Positions 47,950 to 63,160 of a stretch of DNA of 64,000 nucleotides are shown piece after piece. Made by a program: the position numbers and the translations under genes. This stretch comes from Dendrobates tinctorius (Eukaryota), in the NCBI RefSeq assembly GCF_039654945.1, contig NW_027361840.1, positions 10,354,001-10,418,000 on the forward strand, in the 5' to 3' direction. The notes under the pieces were generated by a model. It saw only the letters and a program-made list of their open reading frames with translations. It did not search any database and was not told the origin of the DNA. Numbering within the stretch: position 1 is the first letter of the stretch; the number at the start of each line of letters is the position of its first letter.

Positions 47950-50065
47950 TGTGCATACAGGCAATGGAGGTTGTATGGTGAGTGTGCATACAAGCAATGG
48001 AGGTTGTGTGGTGAGTGTGCATACAGGCAATGGAGGTTGTGTGGTGAGTGTGCATACAAGCAATGGAGGTTGTATGGTGAGTGTGCATACAAGCAATGGA
48101 GGTTGTATGGTGAGTGTGCATACAAGCAATGGAGGTTGTGTGGTGAGTGTGCATACAGGCAATGGAGGTTGTATGGTGAGTGTGCATACAGGCAATGGAG
48201 GTTGTATGGTGAGTGTGCATACAGGCAATGGAGGTTGTATGGTGAGTGTGCATACAAGCAATGGAGGTTGTATGGTGAGTGTGCATACAAGCAATGGAGG
48301 TTGTATGGTGAGTGTGCATACAAGCAATGGAGGTGTGGTGAGTGTGCATACAGGCAATGGAGGTTGTGTGGTGTGCATGCATACAGGCCTTGGAGGTTGT
48401 GTGGTGTGCGTGCATACAGGCCATGGCGGTTGTGTGGTGTGCGTGCATACAGGCCATGGAGGTTGTGTGGTGTGCGTGCATACAGGCCATGGAGGTTGTG
48501 TGGTGTGCGTGCATACAGGCCATGGAGGTTGTGTGGTGAGTGTGCATACAGGCCATGGAGGTTGTATGGTGTGCATACAGGCCTTGGAGGTTGTATGGTG
48601 TGCGTGCATACAGGCCATGGAGGTTGTGTGGTGAGTGTGCATACAGGCCATGGAGGTTGTGTGGTGTGCGTGCATACAGGCCATGGAGGTTGAGTGGTGT
48701 GCGTGCATACAGGCCATGGAGGTTGAGTGGTGTGCGTGCATACAGGCCATGGAGGTTGAGTGGTGTGCGTGCATACAGGCCATGGAGGTTGAGTGGTGTG
48801 CGTGCATACAGGCCATGGAGGTTGTGTGGTGAGTGTGCATACAGGCCACGGAGGTTGTATGGTGTACGTGCATACAGGCCTTGGAGGTTGAGTGGTGTGC
48901 GTGCATACAGGCCATGGAGGTTGAGTGGTGTGCGTGCATACAGGCCATGGAGGTTGTGTGGCGAGTGTGCATACAGGCCATGGTGGTTGTGTGGTGTACA
49001 TGCATACAGGCCTTGGAGGTTGTGTGGTGTGCGTGCATACAGGCCATGTAGGTTGTATGGTGAGTGTGCATGTAACGTTCAAGGGATTGACTAAGTCCGA
49101 GAGTGGACCCTCTGAGTCACGATCTGGAGCCCCTGGGTCGAGCGTGCCAGGTGATGACCGACCCCTATACAGGGATCGTTAGGGGCAAAACCACAGAGGA
49201 CAGAACCTCGACAGCCGGTACCAGGAGGGACGGCTCAAGGACAGAAACCAGAAGGCGGCTAGGTCACAGGACAGAGACAGGAGTGCCCGAGCAGGTTATA
49301 GGAAGCGGGGAACACCCAGGCGGCAGAGGCAAGTGGGGAGAGCAGGAATAGCCACGGGGGCAGGAGGTATGCAAACGAGGGAGACGCCAGGGAGGGTAAG
49401 GGTGGCGAAAGGCTGGAGGAGAGGAACAACAGGGGAGAAGGAGAACGAGGGAGGAAGGCAGGACAACACGGGAGCTGACAGGAGGAAGCAGGTGAATTAA
49501 CTGGAGTAACTATAGAGGCTAGAGCGGCCAGGAAGACGTGGGTTTGCACAAAAATCCTCAGGCGTCCTCTCAACAGAGAGGACGCCTGAAATACCTTAGG
49601 AACCGGAAAGAAGATGACAAGCGCCGCCCTCAATGCCGCCCACCACCAGCAGAAGAGGAAGCGCTGGCACGCGCCCGCGGCCTAAGGAAGGGGCGCAGGA
49701 GCGCCGCAGTGCTGGAGGCAGGACGGGAGTGCGTGCTGCGGCGGAGACGCCGGTAAGGGGAGGCGGCGGCGGGCGCCGCTGCAGAAGACGCGGCCGCCGA
49801 TGTTACAGTGCATACAGGCCATGGAGGTTGTATGGTGAGTGTGCATACAGGCCATGGAGGTTGTGTGGTGAATGAGCATACAGGCCACGGAGGTTGTGTG
49901 GTGAGCGTGCATACAGGCCATAGAGGTTTATGGTGAGCGTGCATACAGGCCATGGCAGTTGCGGGGTGAGTGTGCATACAGGCCATGGAGGTTTATTGTG
50001 AGTGTGCATACAGGCCAAGGAGGTTGTGTGGTGAGCGTGCATACAGGCCATGGAGGTTGTATGCA
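47950..50065. repeat. 33-bp minisatellite (GTGCATACAGGCCATGGAGGTTGTGTGGTGAGT), split by a solo LTR
   Basis: Direct tandem repetition; 11-aa periodicity in the spurious ORFs. Confidence 0.96.
49071..49807 (-). mobile_element. Solo LTR related to the element C LTR
   Basis: TGTAAC...GTTACA ends, 5-bp TSD GTGCA, shared blocks GTCCGAGAGTGGACCCTCTG, CCGACCCCTATACAGGG, CCGCGGCCTAAGG. Confidence 0.9.
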
Positions 50066-50079
50066 TTACTTAATGTTTT

Positions 50080-50682
50080 CTTTTTCTATTGTACCTACTG
50101 ATTCCAGGTCTTTCTGTAACTCTCCACAGATATCCTTGGCTCTTGCTCAATTCTTCTGATAATTCTTTTCCATCCTTGGTCTGATATCTTGCGGGGATCA
50201 CTTGGCCGGTTTATGGTGAAATCATGTTCTTTCCCCTTCCAGATTATAACCCCTGCAGGGCTCACTGGAGCCTTCAGTAGTTTAGGAATTCTTCTGTAAC
50301 CAATGCCATCAGACAGTTCCCTGGTTTTATCCATTATGGAATGTTTCTTGTGTGGCCCTTTGGGGTAATGAGACCCCATTTTTTAGGACATACGGAGAAC
50401 CAGCTGATTCAGTGGCAGGATTGTTTTCTAATTATTGATAGATTTCAGCTGGTGTCAGAACTTTCCAGGGCTTTTTGTACCTCTCTTTTTTTTTTCACGT
50501 GTTCAATACTTTTCCCTGTGTCATTTCTCATTTACACAAAATTTATGGACTTCTACGGTGATTTCCTTCCTGTGTGGATGTGTTGTTACCGGCATCTGCT
50601 GAGAATTTCATGTCAATAACAACTTTAGAAACAGATTTACTTAGAAAATTGTTGACGAGTTCAATACTTATTTCACCCTCTG
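50080..50682 (-). mobile_element. Truncated degenerate Tc1-like fragment
   Basis: KTRELS...GYRRIPKLL N-terminal remnant; TIR-like end TTCAATACTTATTTCACCCTCTG|TA. Confidence 0.6.
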
Positions 50683-51270
50683 TATATTAATCCATGATAC
50701 AGAAAGGGGAGTTGTGCATTTGGTCGCATTTATTGAACACCAGCAATGGATTTGCAGTTTTTTTCAGACGACAGATTCCCTTTAAAGTTTAAAGTGTAAA
50801 ATGAGACCCAAATCCTACAAAATGAGGGTTTTTGTGCCATTGTGGGTTTTTTTTTTAAATACACTTTTTTCTGGCTTCAACATACAAAATGATATTTGGC
50901 ATCGAAACCTCACACTGCAAATGTGACACGTAAAAACCTCGTCAGAATCTCCAAACATTCTAAATATTCATCGCATTCTGCACAAAGGAGGAAAACTCCG
51001 AGATGGCTTCGCGGTGCAGTCTTTGAACCCCGATGCACGTTTACAGGGTTTTTTATGCAGCAGGTTAAATCCTTTATTATTTTTACAGTTCTGTTTTTCT
51101 TTTTTACCCCATTGAGATTATGAGGCCTGCTCTTCCTACAGGGATGCCGTGTGCTACTAATACACCTGCAGATGATTTCTCCAGTCCTCTGCTTCATCTC
51201 TGACCCTACAGATTGTGTACCTGGAAGAAATCTTCCTTATAGCCCTGGCTAGTCAGCCTGCAAGGGATTG

Positions 51271-51323
51271 TGGGAGTTGTAGTCCTGGCAGCTGTGCCAG
51301 CAGGAAGTAGTTGGTCATGTGAC
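51271..51323 (+). promoter_or_regulatory. Promoter of KRAB-ZNF gene 2: ZNF143/THAP11-type motif, ETS site and E-box
   Basis: TGGGAGTTGTAGT 51271-51283, CAGGAAGT 51301-51308, GTCATGTGAC. Confidence 0.7.
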
Positions 51324-51411
51324 AAAGTGCAGCACCTTCAGGCTCACAGAGCAGGAGCATCCCCAGCGCCCTCCTGCCAGCAATGCCCTATAGGTGCCCT
51401 ACTGGGGGTCC

Positions 51412-51438
51412 ATGATGTGTGATGGTGCACTGGGGGCG
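51412..51438 (+). CDS. KRAB-ZNF gene 2, putative coding exon 1 (MMCDGALGA)
   Basis: ATG...GCG|GTGAGT phase 0 donor matching the KRAB-A exon. Confidence 0.6.
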
Positions 51439-52208
51439 GTGAGTAGCTGCATTAACCCTTTCACAATCATCTGAGGAATGAAGCTCTGTCCATAAATGAT
51501 CTATACTGCTGCACTATGGCCAATGGTGGCGCCACTAACCCTGAGGGCTAGATCCTCTTTTCTGTGCAGCATTATGCAATCTATTGTTCTCTGTTATCAG
51601 TCGTCTCAAACTGGGGAAGGGCGACGGCGATGTTCAGGAATGGAACGGGAGGACGTAGGACTTCTCGCTTTTTTTTTTTGTAAAGTGCTGCAGAATATGT
51701 TGGTGCTATAGAAATAAAATTACCATTATTAGGATTCTCTGGGTCATTGCGAGGACGGTGATGCAAAACTTTCACAAGTTTTTTTTTCTTATTTAGTGAA
51801 AAAAATGCAGAAGGTTGTAAAGAAAAAAATAAATACTCTTTTTTTTGTTTTTGGCTCAGTTTTCGGAGACCCGCGCCCGCACCGCTGGGACTTTTCCGGC
51901 TTGTATTTTGCACGCTGAGCTGCCGTTTTCAGTGATACTGATCTGGAGGCTGCCGGCCTTTTAGTCGCTTTTTATTACATTTCTTAGGGAGATCTGGTGA
52001 ACGGAACGAATGCAGCTCTGGTGGTGGGAGATTTTTTTTCTCTTTTACTGCAGTCACGGCAATGGGTAATTAATTTTAGATTTGGATAGACCGGACTTTT
52101 ATGGATGCGCTGACAGCAAATATGATTATTTTATTGGGGAGAAATGGAGGGATTTGATATTTTATTTATGTGTATGTATATATATATATATATATATATA
52201 CATACATA

Positions 52209-54570
<2,362 letters not shown>

Positions 54571-54627
54571 TATATGCACAAATTGGTGTTAAATGGGCAC
54601 CGTCAGCTAAAGTAAATGCAAGCTTAA

Positions 54628-54905
54628 AGGGGTAGTCTCAAGTTTGGATAGGGGTTAAGGTCCCAATCATTGGGGGTTCAACCGCTGCGATCTCCACCAA
54701 TAAAAAGAATCAAAGCCCCGTATGAATGGAAGAGAGGTCACAAATGCCCAGTGCTGCTCATTAATGGGAGTGCAGGCGATGGCCAAGAGCTGCACTCCCA
54801 TAACAAAGAATTGTGTGGCAGTGTGCATGGTCGACCACAGCTCCATTCACACCTGTTTCTTGGGGCCTTTGGAGGGCTTCAACAATAAAGAAGTTTTAAA
54901 TTCCT
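54628..54905. mobile_element. Possible degenerate TTAA-target (Kolobok/T2-like) MITE
   Basis: TTAA|AGGG...TCCT|TTAA ends; TIR match is weak. Confidence 0.4.
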
Positions 54906-55256
54906 TTAAGCGATATATTGGCAAGAAATGGGTTAAAGGAAACCAGACTGATTTCCCGTAGGCTGTCAGGAGGATGAGGGTTGTATTATTGCCACCGCTA
55001 GACCCAGGAAGACTGCAGAAATGTATATAGGAACTAAACTGCAAACTTTGGCCACCAATAGCTAAGAGAGATCTGAAGTCCCTACCCTCCCTATAATTGT
55101 GTCCTCGTACAGGGGAGATGCACAGTCACATTATGCGCTGACTTGTCATGGTGACCACTGAGTGTATGCACACAATAGAGCAATCGCTGTAACTCACTGA
55201 CGGTTGAGTAATCGCCTTATAGTTCTGATATATATATATGTGGCGTCATACTTCAG

Positions 55257-55383
55257 GTCCCCGTGTCCTTTGACGAGGTGGCAGTGTACTTCTCCGAGGA
55301 CGAATGGCCCCATCTAGAGGAGTGGCAGAAAAGGCTGTACAGAGAAGTCATGCAGGAAACCCTGGAGGTGGTGCTGTCTGTGG
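55257..55383 (+). CDS. KRAB-ZNF gene 2, KRAB-A exon
   Basis: 127-nt phase 0/1 exon; VPVSFDEVAVYFSEDEWPHLEEWQKRLYREVMQETLEVVLSV. Confidence 0.92.
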
Positions 55384-55469
55384 GTAAGGAACTGTGATTC
55401 CCGGGATTCTCCTTGGGGTTGGTACTGCTATAGTCCAGTTATTCTTTATGGTTTTCCTTCCTTCTGTAG

Positions 55470-55556
55470 GGTATCAGCATCCCCGGACCTCCCTCTTACC
55501 AATGTCTCTTCCTGACGATGATGCGTCTATTACTAATTATTTTGGATTCCGTTTGG
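55470..55556 (+). CDS. KRAB-ZNF gene 2, small symmetric exon in the KRAB-B position
   Basis: ttccttctgtag|GG...TTGG|gtaagt; 87 nt, phase 1/1, open (GYQHPRTSLLPMSLPDDDASITNYFGFRL). Confidence 0.7.
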
Positions 55557-56098
55557 GTAAGTCACGAATTTCAGAACTTAGTAAATGAGACGAAAAAATT
55601 AGAAATTCCTGACGTCAGAATCTGAAAATATCCTTAACCCTAATCACATCCATCCACTAATTGTCGTGTGGTTTTAGAACTGCGCAGAGTAAAAACAATC
55701 TCCATTGATGTGGATGGAAAAGGTGAAGATTGATTGACCATAGTGCTGCCCACCCACAGCTAATTGAGTAGTTGCTGGATGGTAATTTATTCTTTATTTG
55801 TTTGCATTTTTTTAACGGCCATCAGCTTGATCTTGAGCCATGGCGACTTGATGGATGAACTATCTGTAGGAAGATCGATCTTGTACAAGCCTAGATAGGT
55901 CCATCAGGGTCTTCTCCGCCATTATCTTGATTGTAGTGAGCTATCGGGTTGCTGGTCTTCCACATCGCCTTGTTACTTCTATTCTTCCGACCATGAGGTC
56001 CTTCTCCAGTGATTGCTCTCTTCTTATTTTAGTGTGCAGTAGTAGGAAATACTAGAGCCGTGTTCCCTTACACATTTAACATATCTGTCTCCTTACAG

Positions 56099-57759
56099 AG
56101 GAAGAATTAGGGTGGGAAGCAGAAGATAAAAGAGAAGCAGCACCGAGCTATCCAAAACCTTTAGTGAACGGCAGCGATGTCTACGCACAGAGAAAACCTC
56201 GAAAAGTTAAGATGGTGCACAGATGTTTGCAGTGTAAGATGATATTTGGCAGCAGACCCCTCCTGGACTCGCACAAGAAAACTCATAAGGAAGGAATGGT
56301 TCTGAATGACGTCATAAAGGAGGTCCCAGTGGTGACCCCACAGTCTGTTCTCCCCGCAGGGAGGATCTTCCAGTGTAATAATTGCGATAAATCATTTAGT
56401 AACCAGTCTGTCCTATCTCTGCACCAGAAAACGCACACGGGCGAGAAGCTCTTTAAGTGCCCTGAATGCAGCAAGAGCTTCCCAAAGAGGTCCCAGCTGG
56501 TGATGCACAAGCGGTGCCACATAGAGGAAAGACCCTTCAAGTGCACCCAGTGCGAAAAAAGCTACACCCAACAGTCTAAACTGCTAGAACACCAACGGAC
56601 GCATACCGGAGAGAAGCCATTCAAGTGTAATGAGTGCGGGAAAGGCTTCACCAAGAGGTCACATCTTAAGGAACATCTCAGGACCCACACTGGGGAGAAA
56701 CCCCACAAGTGCGACCAGTGTGATAAGACCTTCCACTATCCATCCAATCTGGTGGAACATCAGAGGACACACACCGGCAACAGACCGTATCAATGCACTG
56801 AATGCGATAAGAGCTTCATCAAGATGTCGAAACTCATCGTTCATCTCAGGATCCACACCGGGGAGAGGCCGTACAAGTGCCCCGAGTGCGATAAAAGCTT
56901 CAGCCAACAGTCCAACCTCGTGGTCCATCAGAGGACTCACACGGGAGAGAAACCCTTCAAGTGTAATGACTGCAAGAAGACGTTTAGCTACCATTACACA
57001 TTAATGGTCCACCAAAGAACCCACACCGGGGAGAAACCGTACAAATGCTCTCTGTGCAAGAAAGCTTTCTCTCAACACTCCAGCCTCAAACTCCATATTA
57101 AAGTTCATGAGCCACAACTCCTGGATGAGACATCTCACGAGGAGCCACCAACTCCAGACCAAACACTCTTAGCAGAAGTGACTGAGACTGCAGAATTCAG
57201 ACCTTTACTTATGCTACCACCAGTCCTCGACCCAACAAGTTCCCCAGATATTGAGCAAGACTGTGAGGACACTTATCTTCCACGCTCACCCTTGAGTGAC
57301 TACCTAGGTGCTCTTTTACTTCCAGATAAGAAGTATAGCTGCACTGAGTGCGACAAGTCATTTCTAGATAAGTCTAAGTTAGTCGTCCATCTTCGAACTC
57401 ATACCGGAGAACGACCCTTTAAGTGCTCTTTTTGTGATAAGGCCTTCATTCAATGGTCACGTCTAACAGAGCACAGGAAAACCCACACAGGAGAAAAGCC
57501 ATATGTGTGCTCCGAATGCGGAAAGAGATTCCTTAAGATGTCCAAACTGACCATTCATCGGAGGATCCACACCGGAGAGCGCCCGTACACCTGCGCAGAA
57601 TGTGGGAAGCAGTTCACTCAGCAGTCCAACATGGTGATTCACCAGCGGATCCACACTGGGGAGAGACCCTTCCACTGTGCGACCTGCGACAAGACGTTCC
57701 GCTATCAGTCGTCTCTCATCAGGCATCGGCGGGATCACACTGGTGACACGGAGACATAG
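56099..57759 (+). CDS. KRAB-ZNF gene 2, terminal exon with 15 C2H2 fingers (1+9+5)
   Basis: ccttacag acceptor in frame with the 531-aa ORF; TGEKP/TGERP linkers. Confidence 0.93.
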
Positions 57760-57818
57760 CAGCCCCACAGAGCTCGCTGCGTCCTAGAAATGTTCACGGC
57801 CTGTGTCTCAGGGCGGAC

Positions 57819-57824
57819 AATAAA
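57819..57824 (+). terminator. Polyadenylation signal of gene 2
   Basis: AATAAA 60 nt after the stop codon, followed by a T-rich tract. Confidence 0.6.
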
Positions 57825-58143
57825 AACGCTGCTTATTTAATGAGCGTCTCACCTTTCTTATCTCGCACTTTGTGACTCCGGCCACAAATAGCAGGAGAAG
57901 TTAGCTACTTCCAGCATCAGCGTCAGCCCTCCTCTGTCCTTAGGACAACCGAGATCAGTCTGGATGCGGTCAATGGCCGGTGTAGAGCCCTGAACCTGAG
58001 CCAGGAAGGTCACCAAAGCTTAGAGAGAACCCATCTCTGCCCCGCACTGCTGCAGTACGACCCCACCTACCTCCCGGGGGGTAAATCTAGGCTTGGCTGC
58101 ACCAGAAAGAGAAACCCAAAAGTGACGCTCCCTAGATGGACGA

Positions 58144-61100
58144 TAATGAGTGTGACACACAGAAGAAGAGAGGACAGTAATGACTGTAACACACGGGAGA
58201 AGAGGGGGCACTAATGAGTGTGACACACGGGAGAAGAGGGGACACTAATGAGTGTGACACACGGGAGAAGAGGGGACACTAATGAGTGTGACACATGGGA
58301 GAAGAGGGGACACTAATGAGTGTGACACATGGGAGAAGAGGGGGCACTAATGAGTGTGACACGGGAGAAGAGGGGACACTAATGAGTGTCACACGGGAAG
58401 AGGGGACACTAATGAGTGTGACACAAGGGAGAAGAAGCGGCACTAATGAGTGTGACACACGGGAGAAGAAGCGGCACTAATGAGTGTGACAAGGGAGAAG
58501 AGGGGACACTAATGAGTGTGACACAAGGGAGAAGAGGGGGCACTAATGAGTGTGACACACGGGAGAAGAGGGGGCACTAATGAGTGTGACAAGGGAGAAG
58601 AGGGGACACTAATGAGTGTGACACAAGGGAGAAGAGGGGACACTAATGAGTGTGACACACGGGAGAAGAGGGGACACTAATGAGTGTGACACAAGGGAGA
58701 AGAGGGGGCACTAATGAGTGTGACACAAGGGAGAAGAGGGGACACTAATGAGTGTCACACACGGGGGAAGAGGGGACACTAATGAGTGTGACACAAGGGA
58801 GAAGGGACACTAATGAGTGTGACACACGGGAGAAGAGGGGACACTAATGAGTGTGACACAAGGGAGAAGAGGGGGCACTAATGAGTGTGACACACGGGAG
58901 AAGAGGGGACACTAATGAGTGACACACGGGAGAAGAGGGGACACTAATGAGTGTGACACATGGGAGAAGAGGGGACACTAATGAGTGTGACATGGGAGAA
59001 GAGGGGGCACTAATGAGTGTGACACGGGAGAAGAGGGGACACTAATGAGTGTCACACGGGAAGAGGGGACACTAATGAGTGTGACACAAGGGAGAAGAAG
59101 CGGCACTAATGAGTGTGACACACGGGAGAAGAAGCGGCACTAATGAGTGTGACAAGGGAGAAGAGGGGACACTAATGAGTGTGACACAAGGGAGAAGAGG
59201 GGGCACTAATGAGTGTGACACACGGGAGAAGAGGGGACACTAATGAGTGTGACACACGGGAGAAGAGGGGACACTAATGAGTGTGACACACGGGAGAAGA
59301 GGGGACACTAATGAGTGACACACGGGAGAAGAGGGGACACTAATGAGTGTGACACATGGGAGAAGAGGGGACACTAATGAGTGTGACACATGGGAGAAGA
59401 GGGGGCACTAATGAGTGTGACACGGGAGAAGAGGGGACACTAATGAGTGTCACACGGGAAGAGGGGACACTAATGAGTGTGACACAAGGGAGAAGAAGCG
59501 GCACTAATGAGTGTGACACAAGGGAGAAGGGACACTAATGAGTGTGACACACGGGAGAAGAGGGGACACTAATGAGTGTGACACAAGGGAGAAGAGGGGA
59601 CACTAATGAGTGTCACACACGGGGAAAGGGGACACTAATGAGTCACACACGGGGGAAGAGGGGACACTAATGAGTGTGACACAAGGGAGAAGAGGGGGCA
59701 CTAATGAGTGTGACACAAGGGAGAAGAGGGGACACTAATGAGTGTCACACACGGGGGAAGAGGGGACACTAATGAGTGTCACACACGGGGGAAGAGGGGA
59801 CACTAATGAGTGTGACACAAGGGAGAAGGGACACTAATGAGTGTGACACACGGGAGAAGAGGGGACACTAATGAGTGACAAGGGAGAAGAGGGGACACTA
59901 ATGAGTGTCACACACGGGGGAAGAGGGGACACTAATGAGTGTCACACACGGGGGAAGAGGGGACACTAATGAGTGTGACACAAGGGAGAAGAGACACTAA
60001 TGAGTGTGACACAAGGGAGAAGAGGGGACACTAATGAGTGTGACACAAGGGAGAAGAGGGGACACTAATGAGTGTGACACAAGGGAGAAGAGGGGACACT
60101 AATGAGTGTCACACACGGGGGAAGAGGGGACACTAATGAGTGTCACACACGGGGGAAGAGGGGACACTAATGAGTGTGACACAAGGGAGAAGAGGGGACA
60201 CTAATGAGTGTGACACAAGGGAGAAGAGGGGACACTAATGAGTGTGACACAAGGGAGAAGAGGGGACACTAATGAGTGTCACACGGGAGAAGAGGGGACA
60301 CTAATGAGTGTGACACACGGGAGAAGAGAGAACGGTAATGGCTGTGACAAGGGAGAAGAGGGGACACTGAGTCTGACACAAGGGAGAAGAGGGGACACTG
60401 AGTCTGACACAAGGGAGAAGAGGGGACACTAATGAGTGTCACACACGGGGGAAGAGGGGACACTGAGTGTGACACAAGGGAGAAGAGGGGGCACTAATGA
60501 GTGTGACACACGGGAGAAGAGGGGACACTAATGAGTGTGACACAAGGGAGAAGAGGGGACACTAATGAGTGTCACACGGGAGAAGAGGGGACACTAATGA
60601 GTGTGACACACGGGAGAAGAGAGAACGGTAATGGCTGTGACAAGGGAGAAGAGGGGACACTGAGTCTAACACAAGGGAGAAGAGGGGACACTAATGAGTG
60701 TGACACAAGGGAGAAGAGGGGACACTAATGAGTGTCACACACGGGGGAAGAGGGGACACTAATGAGTGTCACACACGGGGGAAGAGGGGACACTAATGAG
60801 TGTGACACACGGGAGAAGAGGGGGCACTAATGAGTGTGACACACGGGAGAAGAGGGGACACTAATGCGTGTGACACAAGGGAGAAGAGGGGACACTAATG
60901 AGTGTGACACAAGGGAGAAGAGGGGGCACTAATGAGTGTGACACACGGGAGAAGAGGGGACACTAATGAGTGTCACACACGGGGGAAGAGGGGACACTAA
61001 TGAGTGTCACACACGGGGGAAGAGGGGACACTAATGAGTGTGACACAAGGGAGAAGAGGGGACACTAATGAGTGTGGCACAAGGGAGAAGAGGGGACACT

Positions 61101-62515
61101 AATGAGTGTCACACACGGGGGGGAAGAGGGGACACTAATGAGTGTCACACACGGGGGAAGAGGGGACACTAATGAGTGTGACACAAGGGAGAAGAGGGGG
61201 CACTAATGAGTGTGACACGGGAGAAGAGGGGACACTAATGAGTGTCACACACGGGGAAGAGGGGACACTAATGAGTGTGACACAAGGGAGAAGAGGGGGC
61301 ACTAATGAGTGTGACACAAGGGAGAAGAGGGGACACTAATGAGTGTCACACACGGGGGAAGAGGGGACACTAATGAGTGTCACACACGGGGGAAGAGGGG
61401 ACACTAATGAGTGTGACACAAGGGAGAAGGGACACTAATGAGTGTGACACAAGGGAGAAGAGGGGACACTAATGAGTGACACAAGGGAGAAGAGGGGACA
61501 CTAATGAGTGTCACACACGGGGGAAGAGGGGACACTAATGAGTGTCACACACGGGGGAAGAGGGGACACTAATGAGTGTGACACAAGGGAGAAGGGACAC
61601 TAATGATTGTGACACAATGGAGAAGGGACACTAATGAGTGTGACACACGGGAGAAGAGGGGACACTAATGAGTGTGACACATGGGAGAAGAGGGGACACT
61701 AATGAGTGTGACACATGGGAGAAGAGAGAACGGTAATGGCTGTGACACAAGGGAGAAGAGGGGGCCCTAATGAGTGTGACACAAGGGAGAAGAGGGGACA
61801 CTAATGAGTGTGACACACGGGGGAAGAGGGGACACTAATGAGTGTCACACACGGGGGAAGAGGGGACACTAATGAGTGTGACACAAGGGAGAAGGGACAC
61901 TAATGATTGTGACACAATGGAGAAGGGACACTAATGAGTGTGACACACGGGAGAAGAGGGGACACTAATGAGTGTGACACATGGGAGAAGAGGGGGCACT
62001 AATGAGTGTGACACAAGGGAGAAGAGGGGACACTAATGAGTGTCACACACGGGGGAAGAGGGGACACTAATGAGTGTCACACACGGGGGAAGAGGGGACA
62101 CTAATGAGTGTGACACAAGGGAGAAGGGACACTAATGATTGTGACACAATGGAGAAGGGACACTAATGAGTGTGACACACGGGAGAAGAGGGGACACTAA
62201 TGAGTGTGACACATGGGAGAAGAGGGGGCACTAATGAGTGTGACACATGGGAGAAGAGAGAACGGTAATGGCTGTGACACAAGGGAGAAGAGGGGGCCCT
62301 AATGAGTGTGACACAAGGGAGAAGAGGGGACACTAATGAGTGTGACACACGGGGGAAGAGGGGACACTAATGAGTGTGACACATGGGAGACGAGAGAACG
62401 GTAATGGCTGTGACACAAGGGAGAAGAGGGGGCCCTAATGAGTGTGACACAAGGGAGAAGAGAGAACGGTAATGGCTGTGACACAAGGGAAAAGGGGGAC
62501 AGTGACACTGTGACA
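58144..62515. repeat. ~34-bp purine-rich minisatellite (CACTAATGAGTGTGACACAAGGGAGAAGAGGGGA)n
   Basis: Direct tandem repetition over 4.4 kb. Confidence 0.97.
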
Positions 62516-62525
62516 CACTGGATGA

Positions 62526-63160
62526 CGGGAGTTGTAGTTCTCCGTAGCCCCTCCCCTCCCTCAGTACTACATCTCCCAGCAGGGCTGTGCGGTGACGAGC
62601 TGCTCTCGGTGCAGCCTCCTCGCTCCTCCTACTTCCTGTCCGCCCGGCCGTGCTGTGATCTCCCGGCGGTCACATCCCCGGAGCCCAGACAAAAGGACGG
62701 AGCGCAGGGCCCAGAGCGGAGCAGCATGTCCGAGCGAGGTGAGAGGCGGCCGGGAGTGTGCAGGGGCCGCGGCTCCATCACTGCCTGCAGCACGGGGGGC
62801 TGTGCTCTGCACGGAGCACCCGCCATGCAGCCTGACACCCCCCGTCACTGCAGCCTGGTGCCTGTCACCCCATGTTATCCCCGGCATTCCCTGCACATAA
62901 TGGCGGGGAGGTCTCCCCAGCGGGGTCTGCGCCCCAATACTCTGTTATGTAGCAATGTGGCCGCTGCAGCTGTCCCCAGTATTCAGCGCCCGTAGTGGAG
63001 CAGCTCCTCAGTGCCCCTCCGTGAGCGCTGCGCCCCCCGCTGTTCGGTCGCGGCTTCTCCACACTCTGTAGTCTCGTCACCTTGTCTGACGTCTGTCCCC
63101 GCCGCCGCCCCCGGACGGGACCCCCTGCCCCCCGCTGTCACCCCTGGCCGCGCCGGCATT
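62526..63160 (+). promoter_or_regulatory. CpG-island promoter with two opposed ZNF143/THAP11-type motifs and an ETS site
   Basis: CGGGAGTTGTAGT 62526-62538, ACTACATCTCCCAGCA 62566-62581, ACTTCCTG 62631-62638, high CpG density. Confidence 0.7.
62726..62738 (+). CDS. Putative first coding exon (MSER-) of an unidentified downstream gene
   Basis: GCAGCATGTCCGAGCGAG|GTGAGA inside the CpG island. Confidence 0.5.

Noticed and set aside
47891-49094. Long His/Cys-rich ORFs (up to 382 aa) in several frames
   Set aside because: They result from a stop-free 33-bp minisatellite; open on both strands and with no gene context
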